Of a stretch of 64,000 nucleotides of DNA, positions 9,884-19,081 are shown piece by piece. Source of the DNA: Edaphocola sp. (GTDB taxonomy: Bacteria > Bacteroidota > Bacteroidia > Chitinophagales > Chitinophagaceae); the NCBI GenBank assembly GCA_037190225.1, contig JBBCJL010000001.1:317035-381034 (forward strand). The letters are read 5' to 3'. The notes below the pieces were generated by a model that saw only the letters and a list, made by a program, of their open reading frames with translations, searched no databases and was not told the origin of the DNA. A program made the translations under genes and the position numbers. Numbering within the stretch: position 1 is the stretch's first letter; every line of letters begins with the position of its first letter.

Positions 9884-11119
9884 TTAAATTTCCTTTTCTT
9901 TTTGCTGTAATGCCCGTGTGTTTTTCAGGAACGGTATCACGAAGGCCGTTGCGATGATCATGAATATAAACCCTACAATATAAGGCATGCCGGGAAATTC
10001 AAAATAGGCGTTCTTGCCCGAAAAATGGTTGAATAAATTCAGCATCAGCAGGGGGCCGAAAACGGTAGCGATGCTCATGACCCCGGTAATGGCGCCCTGC
10101 AATTCTCCCTGCCCGTTGGGCGGCGTCTGCCCTGACATAATACCTTGCAGCGAGGGACCGGCAATACCGCCCAGGCAATAGGGTATACAGATAAGATACA
10201 TCATCCAGCCCTCGGAAGCAAAGGCGAACAGCACCAGTCCCAGGCTATAGAAGGCGGTACCTATCAGTATGGAGGAAATATTGCCCCACTTTTTAAGCGT
10301 CCAGCGGATCAGGAGGCCGTTCACCAGCATGGAGAGCACGCCTACCACTGCCAGCGAGATGCCTATCGTCCTCTCGTTCCAGTGAAACTTATACTTGGTA
10401 TAATACGGCCAGGTGGACTGCACCGCATAGGAGGCCATATACAGGCAGAACAGCGTAATGGCCAGCTTGGATACCACCGGGTGCTTCCTCAGGTTGATGA
10501 TGGAATTGAAAGGATTGGACCTGGCCCAGCTGAAATCCCTCCTGTTCTCCTGCTTTAAGGATTCCGGCAGGATAAAAATGCCATACAGCAGGTTCAGCAG
10601 GGTAATGGCTGCCGACACGATGAAAGGAGCCCTTGAGGAATAATCGGCCGCCACACCTCCTATGACAGGACCTATGATAAAGCCAAGACCGAAGGCCACG
10701 CCTACCAGCCCGAAATTCTGTGTCCTTTTTTCCGGTGTGGATACATCCGCTATATAGGCGTTGGCGGTGGTCAGCGATGCGCCCGATATGCCGGAGAGGA
10801 ACCTGCCCGCCAGCAGCCAGCCGAAGGTAGGCGCGAAGATCAGCAGCACATAATTGATGCACATGCCCAGCAGGGATAATAAGAGTACGGGTCTTCTGCC
10901 GAACTTGTCGCTCAGCCCGCCCATGATAGGGGAGAAGATAAACTGCATGATGGCATAGCTGACCATCAGCAGGGAGCCGTAATGGGAAGCCTCGCTGATA
11001 TCTCCCCCGATCAGCTCCTCTATAAGTGTGGGCATTACGGGTATGATGACCGCCATACCGATAATATCTATCAGCACGGTCAGGAATATGAAGAAAATAG
11101 CGGAATTGTAGTTTTTCAT
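9884..11119 (-). CDS. MFS transporter (DHA1 / Tet-like drug:H+ antiporter family)
   Basis: The protein has about 12 TM helices and MFS motif A, GGLSDKFGRRPVLL. The start is set at the ATG at 11119 (MKNYNSAIFF...). Confidence 0.8.
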   Translation of the reverse strand: MKNYNSAIFFIFLTVLIDIIGMAVIIPVMPTLIEELIGGDISEASHYGSLLMVSYAIMQFIFSPIMGGLSDKFGRRPVLLLSLLGMCINYVLLIFAPTFGWLLAGRFLSGISGASLTTANAYIADVSTPEKRTQNFGLVGVAFGLGFIIGPVIGGVAADYSSRAPFIVSAAITLLNLLYGIFILPESLKQENRRDFSWARSNPFNSIINLRKHPVVSKLAITLFCLYMASYAVQSTWPYYTKYKFHWNERTIGISLAVVGVLSMLVNGLLIRWTLKKWGNISSILIGTAFYSLGLVLFAFASEGWMMYLICIPYCLGGIAGPSLQGIMSGQTPPNGQGELQGAITGVMSIATVFGPLLMLNLFNHFSGKNAYFEFPGMPYIVGFIFMIIATAFVIPFLKNTRALQQKEKEI

Positions 11120-11244
11120 ATGTAGCTTGAAAGTCAGCAAAATTACTACTATCTCCGGAGTTATGATTTAATTCCTGCATAAATAATGCGTACCGGTAGG
11201 CTACAAATAAATGATATAATTTATTTGTATTATAATATATCAGA

Positions 11245-11275
11245 TTTGTACAGAAAAAATGTATGCTTACATTTG
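11245..11275 (+). promoter_or_regulatory. Bacteroidota-type promoter for topA
   Basis: TTTG lies at 11245-11248 and TACATTTG at 11268-11275, with 19-nt spacing. The boxes sit 52 nt upstream of the ATG. Confidence 0.5.
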
Positions 11276-11326
11276 CAATGATTTTGCCTGGCAAGATCTA
11301 TGTTAATTACGAGCTAAAATACCAAT

Positions 11327-13930
11327 ATGGGAAAAAATCTCTTAATAGTGGAGTCTCCTGCCAAAGCGAAGACGATAGAGAAATATTTAGGTAAAGAGTT
11401 TGAAGTGAAATCCAGCTTCGGGCATATAAGAGACCTGGAAAAAGAGGGGATGGGCATAGATATAGAGAATGGCTTTGAGCCCAGCTATACGGTGTCGGAA
11501 GATAAGCGGAAAGTAGTGCAGGAGCTGAAGCAGAAAGCTAAGAGCGCAAAGGAAGTATGGCTTGCAACGGATGAGGACCGGGAAGGAGAGGCCATAAGCT
11601 GGCACTTGTGTGAGGTCCTGGGACTGGATCCCCGTCATACCAAAAGGATTGTATTTCATGAAATTACCAAGCCGGCCATCCAGAAGGCCGTGGCCAGCCC
11701 CAGGACCGTAAATATGGACCTGGTGGATGCGCAGCAGGCCCGGAGGGTGCTGGACAGGCTGGTAGGCTTCGAGATATCTCCCGTGCTGTGGCGAAAGCTG
11801 AGCGGCGGCAGCAGCCTTTCTGCCGGAAGGGTGCAGTCGGTGGCTGTCAAGCTGATCGTGGAAAGAGAGCGGGAGATCAACCAGTTCAGATCTGTCAGCG
11901 ATTACAGGATAGAGGCCCGTTTTGCCGGCACTGCTGCCAGGCCGGCCCCCTTCAGGGCGGAAGGCGCGAGAAAGAAGACCCAGGCTGATGCGGAAGCGTT
12001 CCTGGACGGCTGTAAAAATGCGCAGTACACCGTAGCTGATGTGCAGGTGAAGCCCGCCAAGAAATCGCCGGCTCCGCCCTTTACCACATCAACGCTGCAG
12101 CAGGAAGCCAGCAGGAAGCTCGGCATGTCCGTGTCCCGTACGATGCGGGTGGCGCAAAGCCTGTATGAGAACGGGTATATAACCTATATGCGTACCGACT
12201 CCGTCAACCTTTCTGATACCGCCCTGGAAAACGCCCGGGGAGCCATTTCCCGCCAGTTTGGCGCGCAATACCACCAGCAGCGCAGGTTCCAGACCAAGAA
12301 CCAGTCGGCTCAGGAAGCGCACGAAGCGATCCGGCCTACCGATCTCAACGTGGCGCACATTGATGACCCGGACGGGCACCGTCTATACGACCTGATATGG
12401 AAGCGTACCATAGCCAGCCAGATGGCGGACGCACAGCTGGAAAAAACAACCGTTAAGATAAATATCTCTACCAATAACGAGCAGCTGACCGCCCAGGGAG
12501 AAGTGATCAAGTTCGATGGATTCCTTAAAGTATATATAGAAAGCAGCGATGACGAGCCGGAAGATGATAACAACCCGGTATTGCCCGCTATGCGTATAGG
12601 AGAGCAGCTGAATCTGGATTACCTGAAAGCGACAGAGCGTTTTTCCCGTCCCGCGCCGCGCTACACGGAGGCCTCGCTGGTAAAAAAGCTGGAAGAGCTC
12701 GGCATAGGCCGTCCTTCCACCTATGCGCCGACCATCAGCACCATCCAGCAAAGGAATTATGTGGAAAGAAGGGAGCTGGAAGGTACGAAGCGCAGCTATA
12801 ATATCCTGACATTGCAAAACGACCGCCTGCAGAAAGATACCGCTACGGAGATCACAGGCGCAGATAAGAATAAATTATTTCCTACCGACCTCGGTATGGT
12901 GGTGACGGACTTCCTGAGCATGCACTTCACGCAGATCATGGATTACGGCTTCACCGCGAATATTGAAAACCAGTTCGATAATATCGCCCGGGGGAAAGAG
13001 GACTGGAAAGCTACTATCAAGGAATTCTACTATCCTTTTCATGAGACGGTAAAGGAAACTATGGAAACGGCGGAAAGGGCGAAAGGTGAGCATATCCTGG
13101 GTACCGACCCGCAATCCGGCAAGCAGGTAGTGGCCCGCCTGGGCCGTTTCGGGCCGATGGTGCAGATAGGCTCCAACGAGGATGAGGAAGCGCCGAGGTT
13201 TGCCTCCCTGCGTAAGAACCAGAGCATAGAGACCATTACGCTGGAAGAGGCGCTGGACCTGTTCAGGCTGCCTATGGACCTGGGGCAGTATGAAGGCCAG
13301 GATGTCAGTGTCGGCATAGGGCGCTTCGGGCCGTATGTAAAGTATGGTGAAACCTTTATTTCCCTTCCCAAAGGAGAGGACCCGCTGACGGTAGATATGG
13401 ACAGGGCTATAGCGGTGATCCGTGAGAAAGAGCAGGCGGATGCGCCTATCGGCTCTTTCAAAGGGGAGCCCGTAACAAAGGGAAAAGGACGGTTCGGGCC
13501 TTTTATCAGGTATAAGGACCTGTTCATCAATGTGCCCAAAGCCTACGATTTTGATCATCTCAGCCAGCAGGACATTAACGAGCTGATCGAGAAAAAGCTG
13601 GATAAGGAAGCCAACCGCTATATCGCGCAGTGGGAAGATGAAAAGATCGCTATAGAGAACGGAAGATGGGGCCCGTTCATCAGGTTCGGCAAGCAAATGC
13701 TGAAGCTCGGCAGGAAAGCGGACGGAGAGAAATATACGGCGGAAGACCTGAAGGATATAGACCTGGAAACAGTGAAAGCGATGATAAAGGAGCAGATCCC
13801 GGACGCCTTTGAAAAGAAAAGAACGGCTGCTAAAAAGAAAACCGCTGCTAAGAAAAGTGCGGCTAAAAAGACAGCCGTAAAGAAAAGCGCAGCGAAAAAG
13901 GCTGCCGCCAAAAAAACTAAGAAATCATAG
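11327..13930 (+). CDS. topA: DNA topoisomerase I with a Lys/Ala-rich C-terminal tail
   Basis: A TOPRIM domain (LLIVESPAKAKTIEKYLG, DEDREGE) is followed by the type IA core (YITYMRTDS active-site Tyr region). Repeated C-terminal G(R/K)FGP(Y/F/M) elements come next. The protein ends in KKRTAAKKKTAAKKSAAKKTAVKKSAAKKAAAKKTKKS. Confidence 0.95.
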   Translation: MGKNLLIVESPAKAKTIEKYLGKEFEVKSSFGHIRDLEKEGMGIDIENGFEPSYTVSEDKRKVVQELKQKAKSAKEVWLATDEDREGEAISWHLCEVLGLDPRHTKRIVFHEITKPAIQKAVASPRTVNMDLVDAQQARRVLDRLVGFEISPVLWRKLSGGSSLSAGRVQSVAVKLIVEREREINQFRSVSDYRIEARFAGTAARPAPFRAEGARKKTQADAEAFLDGCKNAQYTVADVQVKPAKKSPAPPFTTSTLQQEASRKLGMSVSRTMRVAQSLYENGYITYMRTDSVNLSDTALENARGAISRQFGAQYHQQRRFQTKNQSAQEAHEAIRPTDLNVAHIDDPDGHRLYDLIWKRTIASQMADAQLEKTTVKINISTNNEQLTAQGEVIKFDGFLKVYIESSDDEPEDDNNPVLPAMRIGEQLNLDYLKATERFSRPAPRYTEASLVKKLEELGIGRPSTYAPTISTIQQRNYVERRELEGTKRSYNILTLQNDRLQKDTATEITGADKNKLFPTDLGMVVTDFLSMHFTQIMDYGFTANIENQFDNIARGKEDWKATIKEFYYPFHETVKETMETAERAKGEHILGTDPQSGKQVVARLGRFGPMVQIGSNEDEEAPRFASLRKNQSIETITLEEALDLFRLPMDLGQYEGQDVSVGIGRFGPYVKYGETFISLPKGEDPLTVDMDRAIAVIREKEQADAPIGSFKGEPVTKGKGRFGPFIRYKDLFINVPKAYDFDHLSQQDINELIEKKLDKEANRYIAQWEDEKIAIENGRWGPFIRFGKQMLKLGRKADGEKYTAEDLKDIDLETVKAMIKEQIPDAFEKKRTAAKKKTAAKKSAAKKTAVKKSAAKKAAAKKTKKS

Positions 13931-13931
13931 C

Positions 13932-13958
13932 AAAACGCCGGTATTATACCGGCGTTTT
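13932..13958 (+). terminator. Terminator of topA
   Basis: The stem aaaacgccggta / taccggcgtttt is followed by T residues. Confidence 0.7.
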
Positions 13959-13975
13959 GATTTACATATCATATC

Positions 13976-14012
13976 AAAAAAGAAGAGAGGAAAACCACCC
14001 TCTCTTCTTTTT
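13976..14012 (-). terminator. Terminator of the aminotransferase gene
   Basis: The stem aaaaaagaagagagg ... cctctcttcttttt has A/T runs on both sides. It lies 30 nt beyond the minus-strand stop. Confidence 0.65.
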
Positions 14013-14042
14013 ACTAATAATAAGTATGTTACCCTCCGGTGA

Positions 14043-15236
14043 TCACCGTTTCTTATAGGCTTCCAGGGCTGCGGCAAGTATGGCCACGGCCTTTTGTATA
14101 TCTTCCTTATTGAGTACATAAGCCAGGCGCACCTCGTTCCTTCCGGAGCCCGGTGTGGCATAGAACCCGCTTGCCGGGGCCATCATGACCGTAGCTCCTT
14201 CATAGGAGAAGTCAGACAAGAGCCACTGGCAGAAATCTTCGGCATCCTCGATGGGCAGCTGGATCATAGCATAAAACGCGCCTCCCGGATTCGGCACCAC
14301 TACGCCTTCTATGGATTTTAAGCCTTCCACAAGGGTATTCCTGCGCAGCTCGTACTCCGCCAGCACCGCGTCAAAATAATCAGCAGGCAGGTCGCAGGCG
14401 GCCTCTCCCAGTATCTGCTCAAAAGTAGCGGGGGAAAGACGGGCCTGTGCCATTTTCAGGGCTGCGGCATATACGTCCTTATTCCTGGTAACCAGCGCCC
14501 CGATGCGGGCGCCGCAGGCGCTGTAACGCTTGGAGATGGTATCCAGCAGGATAGCATGCGCTTCCAGCCCTTCCAGCTCCATGACGGAAAAGTGCTGCCT
14601 GCCATCATAGCAGAACTCGCGGTAGGCTTCATCGCTGAGTATGAACAGGTCGTGCTTAAGGGCGATATTCCTTAATATTTCCAGCTCCTCGCGGCTGTAA
14701 AGGTAGCCGGTAGGATTATTGGGATTGCAGATCATGATGGCCCTGGTGCGCTCCGTGATTGCTTTTTCAAAGGCATCAATAGGCGGTAAGGCAAAATTAT
14801 CTTCGATGGAGGAAGGGATAGGGACTACCTTGATGCCGGCCGCAACGGCGAAGCCGTTGTAATTGGCATAGAACGGTTCGGGGATGATGATCTCATCACC
14901 GGGGTTCATACAGCTCATTAATGCGAAGGATATGGCTTCCGAGCCTCCTGCCGTAATAATGATATCATCCGCGGTAATGTTGATGTGCTTGCTGTTATAA
15001 TAGCGGGCCAGCTTTATCCTGTAGCTTTCAAAACCCTGACTGGGACTGTATTCCAGCACTTTGAAAGAAGCGTTCTTTACAGCTTCCAGGATGGAAGGAG
15101 GCGTTTCGATATCGGGCTGTCCTATATTCAGGTGGTACACTTTCGTACCGCGCTTTTTGGCCGCTTCGGCGTAGGGTGCTAACTTTCTTATCGGGGAAGG
15201 CGGCATTAACTGGCCACGCGTGGAAATATTAGGCAT
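14043..15236 (-). CDS. Class I PLP-dependent aminotransferase (AspC/AlaA-like)
   Basis: The NPNNPTG motif is present (ICNPNNPTGYLY), as is the PLP-lysine region SKRYSACGARIG. The length of ~397 aa is typical. Confidence 0.85.
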   Translation of the reverse strand: MPNISTRGQLMPPSPIRKLAPYAEAAKKRGTKVYHLNIGQPDIETPPSILEAVKNASFKVLEYSPSQGFESYRIKLARYYNSKHINITADDIIITAGGSEAISFALMSCMNPGDEIIIPEPFYANYNGFAVAAGIKVVPIPSSIEDNFALPPIDAFEKAITERTRAIMICNPNNPTGYLYSREELEILRNIALKHDLFILSDEAYREFCYDGRQHFSVMELEGLEAHAILLDTISKRYSACGARIGALVTRNKDVYAAALKMAQARLSPATFEQILGEAACDLPADYFDAVLAEYELRRNTLVEGLKSIEGVVVPNPGGAFYAMIQLPIEDAEDFCQWLLSDFSYEGATVMMAPASGFYATPGSGRNEVRLAYVLNKEDIQKAVAILAAALEAYKKR

Positions 15237-15316
15237 AGATCTTACAATTTCAGGTAGATAATTGTCAAACTTTTGAATTTAAGTGCGAATTTATATTAAT
15301 TTGCTGTATTAAATCG

Positions 15317-16447
15317 TTGTCAGTGAAAGTTTATATTATAGGACCGGCTCATCCGTTCAGGGGAGGATTGGCAGATTTTGATATGCGTATGGCCCGGGGC
15401 TTCCAGGAAAAAGGATGCGAGGTGCACCTGATCAATTTTACCCTGCAATATCCCTCTTTTCTCTTTCCCGGGAAAACACAATATACGGATGCGCCGGCCC
15501 CGGCCGGTCTGAACATCCGGCAGCTGATCAACTCGGTCAACCCGTTCAACTGGCTGAAAGTAGGCCGCCGGCTGCGCAGGGAACGGCCGGACCTTATCAT
15601 TGTACGGTACTGGCTGCCCTTTATGGGCCCGGCTTTCGGGACCATACTGAGGCAGGTGAAGAAAAATAAGCACACACAGGTCATCGCGATCGCTGATAAT
15701 ATTATTCCTCATGAGAAAAGGTTCGGTGATACATTATTCACGAAGTACTTTGTAAAGCCGGTGGATAAGTTCGTCTGTATGAGCAGGGAGGTAGCGGAGG
15801 ATGTGAAGCATTTCAGCGACCGGCCGGTCATGACCCTGCCGCATCCTATGTATGACATCTATGGGGAGCTGCTGGATAAGGCTGCCGCTAAAACGGCCCT
15901 GGGGCTGGGAGCGGACGATAAGGTGGTGCTTTTTTTCGGGCTGATCAGGAAATATAAGGGCCTGGATATCCTGCTTGATGCTTTTGCCGACCGGCAGGTC
16001 AGGGACAGGAATGTGAAGCTCGTCATCGCGGGGGAGTTCTATGCGGATGCCGCGGAATATGAGCGCCGGATCAGTGACCTGGACCTGGAGCCCATCATTG
16101 TGAGGGCCACGCACTTTATACCCAACGAGGAGGTCAATAAATATTTCAGCGCTGCGGATGTTGTGGTGCAACCTTATAAGAATGCGACACAAAGCGGTAT
16201 TACGCAGATAGGCTTCCACTTTTCCAAGCCGATGATCGTTACGAACGTGGGAGGTCTGCCCGAGTTTATCAGGCATAATGAGCTGGGCCTGGTGACGGAG
16301 GTGGAGGCCGCTTCAGTGGCGGCAGCTATTGCCCGGTATTTTGACGAGGCGCTGGAAGCGCCCTTTACTGCTGCAATGGAAGTGGAGAAAAAGCGATATG
16401 AATGGCCGTACTTTATCGACAGGCTGCTGGCCTATGCAAAAGCCTGA
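15317..16447 (+). CDS. Glycosyltransferase family 4 (GT-B, group 1)
   Basis: The C-terminus has a Glycos_transf_1-type region with an E-x7-E motif (GGLPEFIRHNELGLV). The start is uncertain: TTG at 15317 or GTG at 15323. Confidence 0.75.
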   Translation: MSVKVYIIGPAHPFRGGLADFDMRMARGFQEKGCEVHLINFTLQYPSFLFPGKTQYTDAPAPAGLNIRQLINSVNPFNWLKVGRRLRRERPDLIIVRYWLPFMGPAFGTILRQVKKNKHTQVIAIADNIIPHEKRFGDTLFTKYFVKPVDKFVCMSREVAEDVKHFSDRPVMTLPHPMYDIYGELLDKAAAKTALGLGADDKVVLFFGLIRKYKGLDILLDAFADRQVRDRNVKLVIAGEFYADAAEYERRISDLDLEPIIVRATHFIPNEEVNKYFSAADVVVQPYKNATQSGITQIGFHFSKPMIVTNVGGLPEFIRHNELGLVTEVEAASVAAAIARYFDEALEAPFTAAMEVEKKRYEWPYFIDRLLAYAKA

Positions 16448-16465
16448 CCTTTCTGGTGCTATATG

Positions 16466-16498
16466 ACAAAGGCTCACAGCATCGCTGTGAGCCTTTGT
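16466..16498. terminator. Bidirectional terminator between the GT4 gene and the end of the minus-strand operon
   Basis: The sequence acaaaggctcacagc-atc-gctgtgagcctttgt forms a 15-bp perfect stem. Confidence 0.7.
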
Positions 16499-16520
16499 TA
16501 TATAAATGAAGTGCAGTCGC

Positions 16521-17444
16521 TTACAGGCCGTAGGTCCTTACGATCCTGTGGTTGCTGTCAAACTCATATCTTGTCCTGGTCTGTTTCTGTACGGACTGCT
16601 GCTTTTCCAGGTCGTAATAGCTATAGGTGGCCGTAACGTTATACTTGTTGTCTCCTACCTTTTCGATAACGACATCATCGTGCTTGATATTGGTCCTTTT
16701 ATTCCAGGAGTCATCGTATAGCTTTTTGATCTCGTCAAAGGTCGGGTAGTTCACGCCCCAGTAGCGTTCCATATTCTCGGAAAAGGTACTGTAAATATTG
16801 TAAATATTCTGCCTGTACTCCGCATCCATGAGCTTTTGTAAAGTAGCGGCATTGGCTTTATCATCCTCATTTTGCGCTTTGTCTGCAGCGGCGGTAGCGG
16901 CGCTGACAGTATCTGCTACAGCTGCGGGAGGGGCGGCCGGCTCAGCAGTAGGCAGGGTATTTACTGCCGGCTGGGCAGTGATGTCCGGTATATGCGTGGT
17001 ATTATCTCCGGGAGCGCCGTTGTTATCATTCATCAGGAAATAGGCCGCCACGCCCGACAGTGCTATCAGTGCGATCACCAGTCCTGTCACCAGTCCTTTG
17101 GAGGAGCCTGAACCGGCACGCGGTTCCGGGACGAGACCGGGAGAAGCCGGTACGTTATTATAGGCGGCGGCCGGGTTAAAATCCGACTGGTTGCCGGTAG
17201 CGTCCGGCCTGGGTATATCGAACAAAGGAGTGGCCGGCTGCAGGGACTTTAAAAATGCCTGTTCCAGCCGCTGTGATTCCTGCGGGGACATCTGCCAGTG
17301 ATTGTACAATCCCTGCAGGTGCTCCCGTATGGCGCTTTCTTCTATCTGCTTCCAGGAGTCGATGATCTCCTGCGGTGCCTGCTGACCGTTTTTCTGGTGA
17401 AATAAAAATGCTATATATTGAGCTATATGCTGCTTATTGATCAT
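16521..17444 (-). CDS. Bitopic membrane protein, unknown function (operon gene 6; paralogue of 17469-18632 in the N-domain)
   Basis: The ~65-aa N-terminal domain has no signal peptide (INKQHIAQYIAFLFHQKNG...SWKQIEESAIREHL). A Pro-rich linker leads to one TM helix (GLVTGLVIALIALSGVAAYFLM). An Ala/Pro-rich spacer and a ~110-aa C-terminal domain follow. Confidence 0.6.
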   Translation of the reverse strand: MINKQHIAQYIAFLFHQKNGQQAPQEIIDSWKQIEESAIREHLQGLYNHWQMSPQESQRLEQAFLKSLQPATPLFDIPRPDATGNQSDFNPAAAYNNVPASPGLVPEPRAGSGSSKGLVTGLVIALIALSGVAAYFLMNDNNGAPGDNTTHIPDITAQPAVNTLPTAEPAAPPAAVADTVSAATAAADKAQNEDDKANAATLQKLMDAEYRQNIYNIYSTFSENMERYWGVNYPTFDEIKKLYDDSWNKRTNIKHDDVVIEKVGDNKYNVTATYSYYDLEKQQSVQKQTRTRYEFDSNHRIVRTYGL

Positions 17445-17468
17445 GTTTAAAATTTTAAGTATAGATAT

Positions 17469-18632
17469 TTAAAGAGAGTCGTACGACCAGGTAAAGTAGG
17501 TGATGTCGCCGGTCTCATCAAATTTGGCATGAAAAGAGGTATTCTCCTTATTGCAGGTGTAGAGGAAATAGGAGCCGTTTGTGAACCTGAACAGCAGGTC
17601 CGCGGCTTCAATATCTATCATATTGCCCCCTTCGGGATTTTTAACCTGCACTACCTGTGGCGGGAAATAGCGGTTCTCATCCGGCAAACCTTTAAACTTA
17701 TAGAATTTATTATCCGATAGCTTGCAGATGACACTGATCGTTTTTTTATCTTTTAAGGTATGCTTGATCACGCTGGTATAATCTGTGCTGTTATTCCCGC
17801 AGGGATTCTTGATATGCAGGCTATACAGCCTGCCGTCCATGGCCAGCGACCCGATAATGACCTTCCGGATATCCGATTTGATCAGGGCCATTTCTTTATT
17901 ATACCTGCTGATCTCGGAGAATACGGTCTTCTGGATGCTGCTGTAATCCTCGCTGTTGGTCAGGTAATTTTTGTTGACATATACCATTTTTTCCTCGTTG
18001 CCGAAAAGATAATCCTTAAAGGTGGCATCGTCCGTCAGCAGCTTCCTGCTTTCAGACACATTGCCTTCCTTATCCACCACTATATTATAGATGGCTGCGT
18101 CCGCTTCGCGCAGGGAAATGATGGAGCTGGGACCGGCGAATATATCCATCCTGCCTACATTTTCGCCGTGGATATTGCGTACAGCTACATTATCGGTAAC
18201 GCTGTACAGCCTTTGGAGCTGGTTGTATTGCCGGTTCTTATACACCACATAGCCGGCTGCAGCAAGGAGCGGTATGAGTATAAGGAGCAGCCATTTATAG
18301 CTCCTTTTACGGGCCGGGAGAGGTGGAGCGGGAGCGGTACGCTGCTGTGGTCCCGGCTGGTAGGCCGGCCTGGGCGCAGGATTCGGATTGCTGCCGGTCT
18401 GCTGTATATCGGATGTTTTTGGCGCATTCAGAAAGCTGTTGATCTCTGCCAGCAGCTGGGCTTCTGTCCAGCCCCACTGGCTGGTCATATTCCTGAGGTG
18501 ACCTGGTATCTCCGCATCTGGTATCTGCGACCAGGAGTTCAGCAGCTCTGGCGGGGGAGTTGTGCCATTACGTTTCCGGAACAGGTGCGCAATGAACAGC
18601 TTTACATTGCCCTGGTTGATTAACATGCTCAT
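17469..18632 (-). CDS. Bitopic membrane protein, unknown function (operon gene 5)
   Basis: The N-domain (INQGNVKLFIAHLFRKRNG...SWSQIPDAEIPGHL) aligns with gene 6. A Pro-rich linker leads to the TM helix WLLLILIPLLAAAGYVVY. A ~250-aa extracytoplasmic domain follows. Confidence 0.6.
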   Translation of the reverse strand: MSMLINQGNVKLFIAHLFRKRNGTTPPPELLNSWSQIPDAEIPGHLRNMTSQWGWTEAQLLAEINSFLNAPKTSDIQQTGSNPNPAPRPAYQPGPQQRTAPAPPLPARKRSYKWLLLILIPLLAAAGYVVYKNRQYNQLQRLYSVTDNVAVRNIHGENVGRMDIFAGPSSIISLREADAAIYNIVVDKEGNVSESRKLLTDDATFKDYLFGNEEKMVYVNKNYLTNSEDYSSIQKTVFSEISRYNKEMALIKSDIRKVIIGSLAMDGRLYSLHIKNPCGNNSTDYTSVIKHTLKDKKTISVICKLSDNKFYKFKGLPDENRYFPPQVVQVKNPEGGNMIDIEAADLLFRFTNGSYFLYTCNKENTSFHAKFDETGDITYFTWSYDSL

Positions 18633-19081
18633 TTGTTATAGGTTTTGTCTATGAGTTTTATCATTACATCGTTCGGGACAGGTACGGCCCCGTCCTTAAT
18701 GACAAAAATAGCATCAATTTTGTTTTCATTCTTACTATAATCAATTTTGAATCCAAAATCGTTCAGTCCATGTGCCAGGACCTTGTCATTGCCGTTAAAA
18801 AAATCCCTGGTAATGGCGCCCGAGTTGCTGAGCGTTACCTTTAAGCGGTTTTGCTCCGTGATAAGGGTAAGGCCAGTGCCATAGGCTTGCTGCAGCAGGT
18901 TGATAAAGGTGTCGGTAATGATATAGTTGAAATGTTCCCTGTTGAATTCCGTATTGGAAACATTCACTACCTTTTTGACGGCCTGCCTGTTGATGGCAAA
19001 TTTGACCCATAGCAGGCTGCCAGCTACCAGGACAACGGTGAGCAGGATAATGAATATCTTATAAGGTGCTGTATGCTTCAT
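18629..19081 (-). CDS. Small N-terminally anchored membrane protein, unknown function (operon gene 4)
   Basis: A single N-terminal TM helix (IFIILLTVVLVAGSLLWV) precedes a ~110-aa soluble domain. The start overlaps the upstream stop (TAATG), and the stop overlaps the downstream start (ATGA). Confidence 0.55.
   Translation of the reverse strand: MKHTAPYKIFIILLTVVLVAGSLLWVKFAINRQAVKKVVNVSNTEFNREHFNYIITDTFINLLQQAYGTGLTLITEQNRLKVTLSNSGAITRDFFNGNDKVLAHGLNDFGFKIDYSKNENKIDAIFVIKDGAVPVPNDVMIKLIDKTYNK

Noticed and set aside
10389-11294. 301-aa alternative-frame ORF extending upstream of the MFS transporter gene
   Set aside because: It is a same-strand, out-of-frame overlap with a clear 12-TM MFS protein. 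Its sequence is Arg/His/Gly-rich low-information sequence.
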